Of a DNA stretch of 64,000 nt, positions 56,052 through 64,000 are shown piece by piece (within the stretch, counting starts at the first letter, position 1; every line of letters starts with the position of its first letter). Source of the DNA: Gracilimonas sp. GTDB lineage: Bacteria; Bacteroidota; Rhodothermia; Balneolales; Balneolaceae. The stretch lies in assembly GCF_031581265.1 (NCBI RefSeq), contig NZ_JAVLBQ010000007.1, forward strand, positions 11,259 through 75,258. The letters are read 5' to 3'. The notes under the pieces were generated by a model. It saw only the letters and a list, made by a program, of their open reading frames with translations. It was not told the origin of the DNA and ran no database searches. The translations under genes and the position numbers were made by a program.

Positions 56052-56939
56052 TTAGCGGTGTTTTGAATAATGATTAGATGCTAAAACGGATGAAAGTTTC
56101 TCCAAAGTTTCCTCTGAGACCGGATCATCAAAATGTTGAATTATATCACGCAATTGCTCATTGGTTCTAATACCCAACACTGCCGAAGCCACAGCGGTAT
56201 GTTGTAATACATACTGAATGGAAAGAGCAGTAGGATTCCCCATTTTCTTGATTTCACTTTGAAGTTTACCAAAGTCTGCTACACTATAATTCAGATATTC
56301 TTTGGGAGACTTATTAATCAATAAGCCTTTAGCAAGTGTACCCCTCGTTATTACACTAATGTCATTTTCAGCCAGTAGATCCAAAATTTCTTCTTCAGGT
56401 CTTTTATCCAAAAGGCTATACTGCATCATCACACAATCCATGTTAGAGCGTTTTACCCATTCACGGATTGTATTTGGTCTGATGGATGAAATGCCATATG
56501 CGCGAATTTTGCCTTGCTTCTTGAGTCGTTCAAATGCCTCGATGGTTTCATCAATAGGGTCGTCTATAGTGCCTCCATGTAGCATATATAGATCGATGTA
56601 ATCAGTTTGTAATCTGCGCAGACTTTCATTTACTGCAGTGAGAATGTGTTCCTTTGACGGATTCCAATCCCAACCCGAACCATTTTCCTTCCACTCATTT
56701 CCCACTTTTGTTGAAATTAGTGTGTTCTCCCGAAAAGGGTTTAGCGCTGTACCAACCACCTTTTCATTTAATCCTTTGTCATACAAATCAGCTGTGTCAA
56801 AAAAGTTAATGCCCGATTTATATGCTTTCCGTATCAATTTGGAATTGTGGTCTAGCCCTTTGTCGATTTCAAGCGACATACAACCAAAACTGATTTCACT
56901 GACTTTAATGTTTGTACTTCCCAACTGTGTGTACTTCAT
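56052..56939 (-). CDS. Aldo/keto reductase
   Basis: 295-aa ORF with INFFDTADLY, LISTKVG, YIDLYMLH and GKIRAYGIS motifs. Confidence 0.88.
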   Translation of the reverse strand: MKYTQLGSTNIKVSEISFGCMSLEIDKGLDHNSKLIRKAYKSGINFFDTADLYDKGLNEKVVGTALNPFRENTLISTKVGNEWKENGSGWDWNPSKEHILTAVNESLRRLQTDYIDLYMLHGGTIDDPIDETIEAFERLKKQGKIRAYGISSIRPNTIREWVKRSNMDCVMMQYSLLDKRPEEEILDLLAENDISVITRGTLAKGLLINKSPKEYLNYSVADFGKLQSEIKKMGNPTALSIQYVLQHTAVASAVLGIRTNEQLRDIIQHFDDPVSEETLEKLSSVLASNHYSKHR

Positions 56940-57106
56940 AAATACCTGTCATCTTAAAATGGATTAGTATAAGTAAAAGAATTCATGAATGATTCCATTC
57001 AGCAGTTAAGCTATGAAAGCACACATCTGATAACCTTTTAATCTTAAAATGAATAAGATGTGCAAAGTTTTTGCAAGTTTTGAGATATGATCAGGACAAT
57101 AATTCC

Positions 57107-58036
57107 CTAAAAAGTAGTATTCCGGATCAGGAACTTTCCATTGAAAGTCAATGGAGTTGCTTTTCCTTTATAAAGTAAAGAATCTGGTTTTGGGTTCTCA
57201 TTTTTTGGAATCTTTACACCATGGATATGCAAGTGAGGCTCTGTGGTATTTCCTGTATTGCCAACCTCTGCGATAGGTTGATTGGCTTCAATTTTGTCCC
57301 CTTTCTCGACCTTGATACTTCCTTGTTTTAGATGAGCTAATACGATATATAAACTATCTTTTTTAATCCAGATATGATTCCCGGTAGGTTGTTCTGAAAC
57401 TGTTTTGGGTGGAATTTGATCCGGTAAACTGTCTTTTGCATCTACGATAGTACCTGATAAAGGGCTGTAAACCGTTTTTCCAAAAATACTATATTTGTGT
57501 AGCTGTTTTGGAAATAGCCCTTCAGCTCGAAATCCCCAGTCATTTAGTTTAACAATATCGAGAGCATATTTTTGTTGGTCAGCAATTCCATGGTAATTCA
57601 AAGCAATTGTACTACCACCATGTATTACGTAATTAGTTTCTCCTTTTAAAGGATAAGTTAAGTCCAATTTTTTTTGCTTAGTTCCAGTCCCCAATAAACT
57701 CCAAAGTAGTATTACAACAAATAGCAGTATTTCAGAAATTTTCCCCCAACTCAACTTCATCTTTTTACTGTTATATGTGGGCAGATCTTTTACTTGGAGG
57801 AAGGAAGATAATGCTGCTATCAAGAAAAATGTATTCAGCCAATATCTCAATCCATATCCAATTACATCCCAGCGAAATACAAAAAATAGAGTAGCTAATA
57901 AAAGTAAAAAATGGACAAAGGATACTGTCCAGTTGACTTTTAATTCAAAATTAGATTTCCATAACCGGTAAATTAAATACAGAGGCATCCCAACTTGAAT
58001 AATTGGTATCAAAGCAAAGAGTAGAGGAAATAGCAT
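57107..58036 (-). CDS. Membrane-anchored M23-family metallopeptidase
   Basis: 309-aa ORF with four N-terminal TM segments and a C-terminal LytM domain (HLKQGSI.V..GD.I, GNTGNTTEPHLHIH). Confidence 0.8.
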   Translation of the reverse strand: MLFPLLFALIPIIQVGMPLYLIYRLWKSNFELKVNWTVSFVHFLLLLATLFFVFRWDVIGYGLRYWLNTFFLIAALSSFLQVKDLPTYNSKKMKLSWGKISEILLFVVILLWSLLGTGTKQKKLDLTYPLKGETNYVIHGGSTIALNYHGIADQQKYALDIVKLNDWGFRAEGLFPKQLHKYSIFGKTVYSPLSGTIVDAKDSLPDQIPPKTVSEQPTGNHIWIKKDSLYIVLAHLKQGSIKVEKGDKIEANQPIAEVGNTGNTTEPHLHIHGVKIPKNENPKPDSLLYKGKATPLTFNGKFLIRNTTF

Positions 58037-58060
58037 GTTTTTGGCACTTTTTAATTGACT

Positions 58061-58099
58061 AAAAAACCAGGATTAATTATTTCAAAAGAAATTAATCCT
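58061..58099 (-). terminator. Rho-independent terminator of the 58161-59186 gene
   Basis: The aggattaatt and aattaatcct stem is followed on the minus strand by tttttt. Confidence 0.75.
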
Positions 58100-58160
58100 A
58101 TTGGTTAAAATTAAATTCACCTTCTCACATTTGTTCTATAACCTGCAGTAATAGACCAGT

Positions 58161-59186
58161 TTATTCTTTTAAGTGAAATATCGCATACTCTTCAGGGTAA
58201 TGTAATGTCATTTGGAAAAATTGAAATACAGACCCACCTAAAGCACCAATTATCTCTTTATCCATCATTGAAGCCATATGTTCCCTAAAAACTTGATCTG
58301 GGCGAGTTGTAAACCAAACTGGTCCAACTGTGTGACCTGCAATTCTAATTTCTGGAACTTTTATATAGTTGGCGCCGGTAAATTTTTCTCCTTTTTTTAT
58401 TACTTGCCAGTTTGGATTCTCCTCATGCCATTTTTCAAATTTAGATTGCGTTATATAACTTGCCCCTCGTGTAGGGGGTAAATTATCATCCATTTTCTTA
58501 TGAGCATTGTTACTTACAAAAGTGGTAGCACCTGTATCAAGTAGAAAATTTAGTCGTTCTCCATTTACATATGCTTGAATTCTTGGTAAGTGAGTTTTGT
58601 GCCTATTACGATCATCTTTTGAAAAGAAAAGATCTACCATATGTTCTTGACGTAAGTTATCTGAGTTAAATGAATTATGCAGTAAAAGCTCTTCTTCCCC
58701 ATATTTAATGGTCCAAATGCGGGTAGCAAACCAATCTTGGCCAAGCATTCCCTCATCAATAACTCCCTCTTCTTGTAGCTTCTTATTCATGCCGGTTGCG
58801 GGTGGCATCACTAACATTTTGTTAGCAAATAAATCTTTTTTTCTATTTAGGACTGTCTCTTTTGCTGAATCAAAATCATAATGCATAAAAGGAATTTTAT
58901 AGTTTGACTGTAATTCTGGTATATCTGCTACCATTAATTGTCTTCCTCCAGCTTTCTCTTTCTCTATTTTAAGATCCAAATTATCAGCAAGTTGTTGAGT
59001 GATAAAAATTCCACCTCCGCCCGTATCTGTAAAAAATTTAATAGTATCTTTTTCCATAGTAACCGTCTCTATATAAATTTGATTTGCTTCAAATTTAGCT
59101 GGAAGTTTCTGGTAGTTAGATTGTGAAAAAAGTAAATCAGCAGGAAAGATCAGTGCAATTATGAAAATTATAGTAGTAAATTTCAT
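58161..59186 (-). CDS. Secreted protein with two retropepsin-like DTG motifs (putative single-chain aspartic peptidase)
   Basis: 341-aa ORF with a signal peptide. It has FFTDTGGGGIFI in the N-terminal half and FLLDTGATTFV in the C-terminal half. Confidence 0.5.
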   Translation of the reverse strand: MKFTTIIFIIALIFPADLLFSQSNYQKLPAKFEANQIYIETVTMEKDTIKFFTDTGGGGIFITQQLADNLDLKIEKEKAGGRQLMVADIPELQSNYKIPFMHYDFDSAKETVLNRKKDLFANKMLVMPPATGMNKKLQEEGVIDEGMLGQDWFATRIWTIKYGEEELLLHNSFNSDNLRQEHMVDLFFSKDDRNRHKTHLPRIQAYVNGERLNFLLDTGATTFVSNNAHKKMDDNLPPTRGASYITQSKFEKWHEENPNWQVIKKGEKFTGANYIKVPEIRIAGHTVGPVWFTTRPDQVFREHMASMMDKEIIGALGGSVFQFFQMTLHYPEEYAIFHLKE

Positions 59187-59411
59187 GATTTTGTTAGAAT
59201 ATTATGATCGATTTGTGAAAATTACGTGCGTAAAAACAATTAGTTACGCCAATAATTTCAAAGAATGTAAATCATAGATTATCATTTTATTTGACTCTGG
59301 TAATTAAAATATCAATCGCATTTTGATTCATCCTTTTCTGATTTCCATTTGATTCATTCCTGCAAATACTGCATACTAAGCGGGAAATAAAACCTATGGA
59401 GGTCAAACACA

Positions 59412-59672
59412 ATGTCGGAAAGGGACTTAGAAGGATATTGGAAAAAAAATTTAAGCTACCTGGGGATACTACTCAGTATCTGGTTTGTAGTTTCATATGG
59501 ATTTGGAATTTTATTAGCCCCTGCATTAAATGAGATTCAAATTGCCGGGTTTAAACTTGGGTTTTGGTTTGCCCAACAAGGCTCCATCTATACTTTTGTG
59601 ATCCTCATCTTCGTGTACGTGTATTTAATGAATAATCTGGATAAGGAATTCAACGTGCGGGAGGACGACTAA
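59412..59672 (+). CDS. DUF4212 small membrane subunit of a sodium:solute symporter
   Basis: 86-aa, 2-TM ORF (YWKKNL, GFKLGFWFAQQGSIY) immediately upstream of the SSS gene. Confidence 0.8.
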   Translation: MSERDLEGYWKKNLSYLGILLSIWFVVSYGFGILLAPALNEIQIAGFKLGFWFAQQGSIYTFVILIFVYVYLMNNLDKEFNVREDD

Positions 59673-59674
59673 TC

Positions 59675-61441
59675 ATGGATGTTCAAGTTTGGACCTATAT
59701 TTTAGTTGGAATCACATTCGCTCTTTACATTGGAATTGCGATTTGGGCGAAAGCCGCTACCACCAGCGATTTTTATATAGCAGGTGCACATGTAAGTCCC
59801 CTGACTAACGGTATGGCCACGGCCGCAGACTGGATGTCGGCCGCTTCTTTTCTTTCCATGGCAGGGCTCATTTCTTTTATGGGCTACGACGGTTCCGTAT
59901 ATTTGATGGGGTGGACCGGAGGGTATGTATTGCTAGCGTTATTATTGGCTCCATATCTACGCAAGTTTGGTAAATTTACTATTCCTGATTTTATCGGGGA
60001 TCGCTACTATTCAAATTTCGCCCGAACCATTGCTGTTATTTGTGCGGTGATTGTATCCTTCACCTATGTAGCAGGGCAGATGCGAGGAGTAGGCCTTGTA
60101 TTCTCTAAATTCCTGGAAGTGAATATTGATATGGGAGTTCTAATTGGGATGGCTATCGTATTTTTCTATGCGGTTTTAGGGGGAATGAAAGGTATTACCT
60201 ACACGCAGGTCGCCCAATATTGCGTACTTATCTTTGCTTTTATGGTACCCGCTTTTTTTATCTCCTTTCAGCTAACCGGAAATCCTGTTCCTCAACTTGG
60301 GTTCGGCTCTACTTTAGCTGATGGCTCGGGACAATTTCTACTCGAAAAGTTGGATGAGTTGCATACAGAACTTGGCTTTGCCGCCTATACCAGTGGGACT
60401 AAAAGTACTGTGGATGTCTTTTTCATTACAGCTGCTTTGATGATAGGTACGGCCGGACTCCCTCATGTGATTGTGCGATTTTTTACTGTTCCCAAAGTAC
60501 GTGATGCCCGAATTTCAGTGGGATATGCACTCATTTTCATTGCGATACTATACACCACAGCACCGGCTATTGCTGCTTTCGCCAAATACAATTTAATGGA
60601 AACCGTAAGCGAGGAAGAATACACCGAAATGCCGCCTTGGTTTAATACTTGGGAAGAAACAGGACTCCTCACTTGGGTTGACAAAAATGATGATGGCATT
60701 ATCACCTATGCACCTGGTGAAGCTATTGAGGGCTTACCTGATATACAGCGAACTGAAGAAGGGGAAGTTCTCCGTGGAGCATTCGGTGAAGTGCTTGTCA
60801 ATAATCCTCCGGCAGAGGGTGAGAATGAACTGTATGTAGATCGGGATATTATGGTATTGGCCAATCCCGAAATAGCGAATTTACCGGCTTGGGTTGCCGG
60901 TTTGGTAGCCGCCGGTGGACTTGCTGCCGCCCTCTCAACGGCAGCCGGGTTACTCTTGGTGATATCCACAGCAGTTTCTCATGATCTAATCAAAAAGCAG
61001 ATTCAGACTGATATTTCAGATAAAGCAGAATTGATGTGGGCACGAATTTCTGCTGCGGGTGCGGTATTGGTAGCCGGATATTTTGGGATTAATCCGCCCG
61101 GTTTTGTGGCAGAGGTAGTGGCCATTGCCTTTGGGCTTGCTGCGGCTTCATTTTTCCCTGCTATAATCCTTGGTATTTTCTATAAGAAGATGAACCGACA
61201 GGGAGCCATTGCGGGAATGATTGCCGGATTGTTGTTTACGTTGGCTTATGTAGTTTTCTTCAAGATTGCTTTCCCGGAATATAATACACCGGAATATTGG
61301 TGGTTTGGAATCTCTCCGGAGGGTATTGGAACACTTGGAATGCTACTGAACTTGGTAGTTTCGTATGCGGTTGGAATGATTTTTCCTGAGCCGCCTGAAG
61401 ACGTACAGGAACTGGTAGAAGGTATTCGGTATCCTCAATAA
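59675..61441 (+). CDS. Sodium:solute symporter family transporter (VC_2705-type, acetate/monocarboxylate-like)
   Basis: 588-aa multi-TM ORF with SSF motifs (AADWMSAASFL, GGMKGITYTQVAQY). It is paired with DUF4212. Confidence 0.85.
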   Translation: MDVQVWTYILVGITFALYIGIAIWAKAATTSDFYIAGAHVSPLTNGMATAADWMSAASFLSMAGLISFMGYDGSVYLMGWTGGYVLLALLLAPYLRKFGKFTIPDFIGDRYYSNFARTIAVICAVIVSFTYVAGQMRGVGLVFSKFLEVNIDMGVLIGMAIVFFYAVLGGMKGITYTQVAQYCVLIFAFMVPAFFISFQLTGNPVPQLGFGSTLADGSGQFLLEKLDELHTELGFAAYTSGTKSTVDVFFITAALMIGTAGLPHVIVRFFTVPKVRDARISVGYALIFIAILYTTAPAIAAFAKYNLMETVSEEEYTEMPPWFNTWEETGLLTWVDKNDDGIITYAPGEAIEGLPDIQRTEEGEVLRGAFGEVLVNNPPAEGENELYVDRDIMVLANPEIANLPAWVAGLVAAGGLAAALSTAAGLLLVISTAVSHDLIKKQIQTDISDKAELMWARISAAGAVLVAGYFGINPPGFVAEVVAIAFGLAAASFFPAIILGIFYKKMNRQGAIAGMIAGLLFTLAYVVFFKIAFPEYNTPEYWWFGISPEGIGTLGMLLNLVVSYAVGMIFPEPPEDVQELVEGIRYPQ

Positions 61442-61462
61442 TAATTATGGATTAATTGAAGT

Positions 61463-61490
61463 AAGCCCACTTTTGTAAGGTGGGCTTTAT
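61463..61490 (+). terminator. Candidate terminator between convergent genes
   Basis: The aagcccac and gtgggctt stem has only a short T-run. Confidence 0.5.
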
Positions 61491-61523
61491 CCTCAATATC
61501 TAATTTAAGATAGTGGCAGGATA

Positions 61524-62030
61524 TTATTCATCAACGGCCCAGGGAAAGTATTTTTTGATGTGCTTGTCTTTCCCCTTGAACCGGATGTTCTCATTTCCCT
61601 TAATTTTGTTGGCGATATGCTCAACCGGCTTTCCAAATTCACTGTATAAATTACCAAGTGATATCGTTTTTCTCCCGCTTTTGATATTTACCAGCATCAC
61701 ATCAACAAAAATTTCATCTATCTCATCAATATCAAAACTGAAAGAACCAAAGAGTCCTTTTTTAGAAAGTGTATTTTCAGATATACTTATTTCGTATTGA
61801 GCGGTATAAATTATCGACAAAATCGAGGCGATAAATAAGAGACTAAAGAATATAGGAATCCAGGTTTCAACATCTTCCTTAATATTGAAGACCACAAAGT
61901 TGACTTGAAATAAGGAACCGATCACAATATCGAGTGAAACAACGGCGAGGAAAAGAGCACAGATATAGCTAATCCCTTTCCAAATTGGTTTAAGAGAAGT
62001 GCTGTAAGTGGTAGTATTCATTGGACCCAT
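61524..62030 (-). CDS. Hypothetical membrane protein (2 TM plus a small C-terminal domain)
   Basis: 168-aa ORF. I recognise no family. Confidence 0.45.
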   Translation of the reverse strand: MGPMNTTTYSTSLKPIWKGISYICALFLAVVSLDIVIGSLFQVNFVVFNIKEDVETWIPIFFSLLFIASILSIIYTAQYEISISENTLSKKGLFGSFSFDIDEIDEIFVDVMLVNIKSGRKTISLGNLYSEFGKPVEHIANKIKGNENIRFKGKDKHIKKYFPWAVDE

Positions 62031-62099
62031 TTTATTTTATTCATTTTAACGAAACAAATAAATAATAAAATGGAACCTATATCAAGAAAGAATATTTAC

Positions 62100-62540
62100 T
62101 TAGAACCAGCCGGTGCCTAAACCACGGAAAGGCCATGGGATGGAAGCTATCATGATTAGCAACCCAATTCCGTAGGTAATAGCAATTCGCTTGTGTTTAG
62201 ATAAAGACCGATCCATTTTTTTGGCGGTGCTAAATCCAAAGGTGATGAGGCCAATGGCAATAAGCATCATGGTGATATGTTCAACGGTATAAAAGCGTAG
62301 TACAGAACTTTCCATCACACCGGATTCAAAAGAAACCTTAGGACTGATGAAATAAAGTACTAAGCCGATCAATAATTGAATATGCGTAAATATAAGAGCA
62401 AGAAGAGCGGCTAATTGATCTGATTTCTGATATTGTTTTTCCCCGGTCCAGCCGGAAATAGCTTTATATATAGCCCAAATAATTAAGACCAAAACGATCC
62501 ATCGAAGTCCAGAGTGTGCGTGAATTAAGCCGGTGTACAT
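62100..62540 (-). CDS. Hypothetical 4-TM membrane protein
   Basis: 146-aa ORF. Its N-terminal GLIHAHSGLRW motif is reminiscent of small heme-binding membrane proteins, but this is not firmly assigned. Confidence 0.5.
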   Translation of the reverse strand: MYTGLIHAHSGLRWIVLVLIIWAIYKAISGWTGEKQYQKSDQLAALLALIFTHIQLLIGLVLYFISPKVSFESGVMESSVLRFYTVEHITMMLIAIGLITFGFSTAKKMDRSLSKHKRIAITYGIGLLIMIASIPWPFRGLGTGWF

Positions 62541-62671
62541 ATTTGAAATATTTAGTTCTGATTTTTAAGGAATATAGGGAAAATTGACTGATTTGGTTAA
62601 TGGTGAAATTGGTATTGGTAATTTGTTTCGAATACAATTTCGGCGTATCGAAAAAACCAATAACGAATACC

Positions 62672-63037
62672 CTATATTTTCGACTCCAGTTTCCTGAAGA
62701 TACGTTTTACCCGACGTTTATTAACACCGAGATCATAAGCTCCAAGCCGACTTGCACTGCGAATGAAAACTGTAGTTTTATCACTATCTTCATCCAGAAT
62801 TACATCCACATCATCTTTAAATCCAAATAGCGGGATTCGATATACGGAATGGACTTCAAAGTGATCAGAATCAATTACTTCAAAACTGTGGGCTTCCTTT
62901 GCGAAAATATTCTTTAAAGCTTCAAAAACTACATCGGCTTTAGCTTTATAAACTTTGGAAGTCCGAATACAATTTGGAGTAACAGGGCAGGGTGGAAGTG
63001 GGTTGTTCTTAGAATTTTGAGCCATGAAGCGTGCCAT
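62672..63037 (-). CDS. DUF1499-family protein
   Basis: 121-aa ORF with CP.TPNC near the N-terminus and DD.D....D.......RSASRLG..D.GVN..R, which are typical of DUF1499. Confidence 0.7.
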   Translation of the reverse strand: MARFMAQNSKNNPLPPCPVTPNCIRTSKVYKAKADVVFEALKNIFAKEAHSFEVIDSDHFEVHSVYRIPLFGFKDDVDVILDEDSDKTTVFIRSASRLGAYDLGVNKRRVKRIFRKLESKI

Positions 63038-63066
63038 TTAGGTTGTAGATCATATTGGCAATTAAA

Positions 63067-63618
63067 TCAATCTAGCTCAAAAAATCGTTCCAGCTGCTTT
63101 AAGCAGGATTCCAGATCATCACAAACATGGAAGAGGGAAAGGCTTTCCTTGTGGATGAATTCATGCTTCACGGCATTCTCGGTGTACTTTATGAGTCCGT
63201 CAAAATACCCATCCGCATTCAGCAAAAAGATAGGCTTATTGTGGAGCCCGAGCTGACGTCAAGTCAGGATTTCAAAGAATTCATCGAGGGTGCCAAAGCC
63301 TCCGGGAAGTACAAGGAAAGCGTCTGAAAGAGATTCCATCAACGCTTTGCGGGTATGCATATCCTGGGTTTCGTGCAGATCAGTCAGCCCTTTATGAGCT
63401 ACTTCAAGTTCTTTGAGGTGAGTCGGAATAACTCCAAAAACTTTACCACCTTCAGTAAGGGCGGCATTGGCTAACTCTCCCATCATCCCGATTCTACCAC
63501 CGCCATAAACGATACCCCAGTCGCGGCGGGCTATTTGCCGTCCTGATTCTTTAGCTAATTCAGGAAATTTTGGGTTGTTACCTTTTTTGGAACCACAATA
63601 CACACAAATATTTTTCAT
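63067..63618 (-). pseudogene. LOG-family (TIGR00730) nucleotide phosphoribohydrolase interrupted by an in-frame TGA at the conserved Trp codon
   Basis: The 119-aa ORF ends ...[15 protein letters not shown], then TGA (63259-63261). The same frame continues [25 protein letters not shown]... to the stop at 63067-63069. The family consensus at this point is ..TW.QLG.H.KP. Confidence 0.75.
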
Positions 63619-64000
63619 CAGGCTACCGTAAACATTCGGTTAAGAACTTTATTCAGTTTTTCCACAAAATAATGGACGTCTTCTTCTGTATTTTGCTTTC
63701 CAAAACTGATTCGAATGCTTGAGTTTGCTAACCCTGCTTCCATGCCGATACCATTTAGCACATGAGAAGGTTCAACTGCTCCAGAAGTACAGGCAGAGCC
63801 ATTGGAAACACAAATTCCTTCAATATCTAAATTGAGTAAAAGCATTTCACCGTCAATGTAATTTTCCTGATCATCACTAAACGAAAGATTTATGATATGC
63901 GGAACTCCCTTTTCGTCAGGTCCATTGACTTGGAATTTAAAGTCAAGATTTTGATTTAGTTCCTTGAGAAGTAATGAACGTAGATTTTTATAGTGATTCA
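63618..64000 (-). CDS. Cysteine desulfurase (class V aminotransferase, NifS/IscS-like), C-terminal part (gene runs off the window edge)
   Basis: It has ...LLLNLDIEGICVSNGSACTSGAVEPSHVL (active-site Cys loop). Its stop overlaps the LOG start by 1 nt (TGATG). Confidence 0.85.
   Translation of the reverse strand, partial: NHYKNLRSLLLKELNQNLDFKFQVNGPDEKGVPHIINLSFSDDQENYIDGEMLLLNLDIEGICVSNGSACTSGAVEPSHVLNGIGMEAGLANSSIRISFGKQNTEEDVHYFVEKLNKVLNRMFTVA

Noticed and set aside
63259-63261. Genome-wide reassignment of TGA to Trp (or of TAG at 13432)
   Set aside because: alaS, dnaG and nrdJ terminate at TGA at the expected protein ends. TAG terminates the alcohol dehydrogenase and DUF2892 genes. The standard code therefore applies, and these are local events.

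Overview
This is a 64-kb chromosomal segment that looks roughly 40% GC by eye. Gene content suggests an FCB-group bacterium (Bacteroidota/Balneolota-like): CarboxypepD_reg TonB-dependent receptor with a DUF4249 partner, an Hc1-like histone, DUF5916, and GxxExxY and GIY-YIG cassettes. Taxon and family names rest on motif recognition only, since no database search was possible.

Most genes are housekeeping or envelope functions:
- pdhAB, alaS, dnaG, tmRNA, ppa, and a partial cysteine desulfurase
- a four-enzyme WbpA/B/D/E-type UDP-diacetamido-uronic acid pathway
- a cobalamin riboswitch-btuB unit next to the B12-dependent reductase nrdJ
- an ECF sigma/anti-sigma unit
- a TonB receptor cluster
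- a DUF4212 plus sodium:solute symporter pair

I did not find a classical multi-gene defence island or a CRISPR array. The unusual biology is in the intergenic DNA, which holds several families of nested palindromic (REP/MITE-like) repeats. Two elements share a 25-nt terminal inverted repeat. One is a 609-bp cassette carrying a lone GIY-YIG nuclease gene, and the other is a 306-bp non-coding derivative. Both sit at the same relative position inside GTCAYTNN^GAG repeat arms, with 6-bp flanking duplications and recognisable empty-site paralogs. This is my best candidate for an undescribed mobile system.

Other notable points:
- Three GTAAC-N17-GTGTA promoters define a local ECF regulon.
- DnaA boxes and a very AT-rich tract lie upstream of nrdJ.
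- Two genes are interrupted by single in-frame stop codons: a TAG in a DUF4097 gene and a TGA at the invariant Trp codon of a LOG gene.
- Several small nuclease or transposase genes are decayed.
- Palindromic repeats supply stop codons or C-termini to flanking genes.

RNA and repeat boundaries are approximate.
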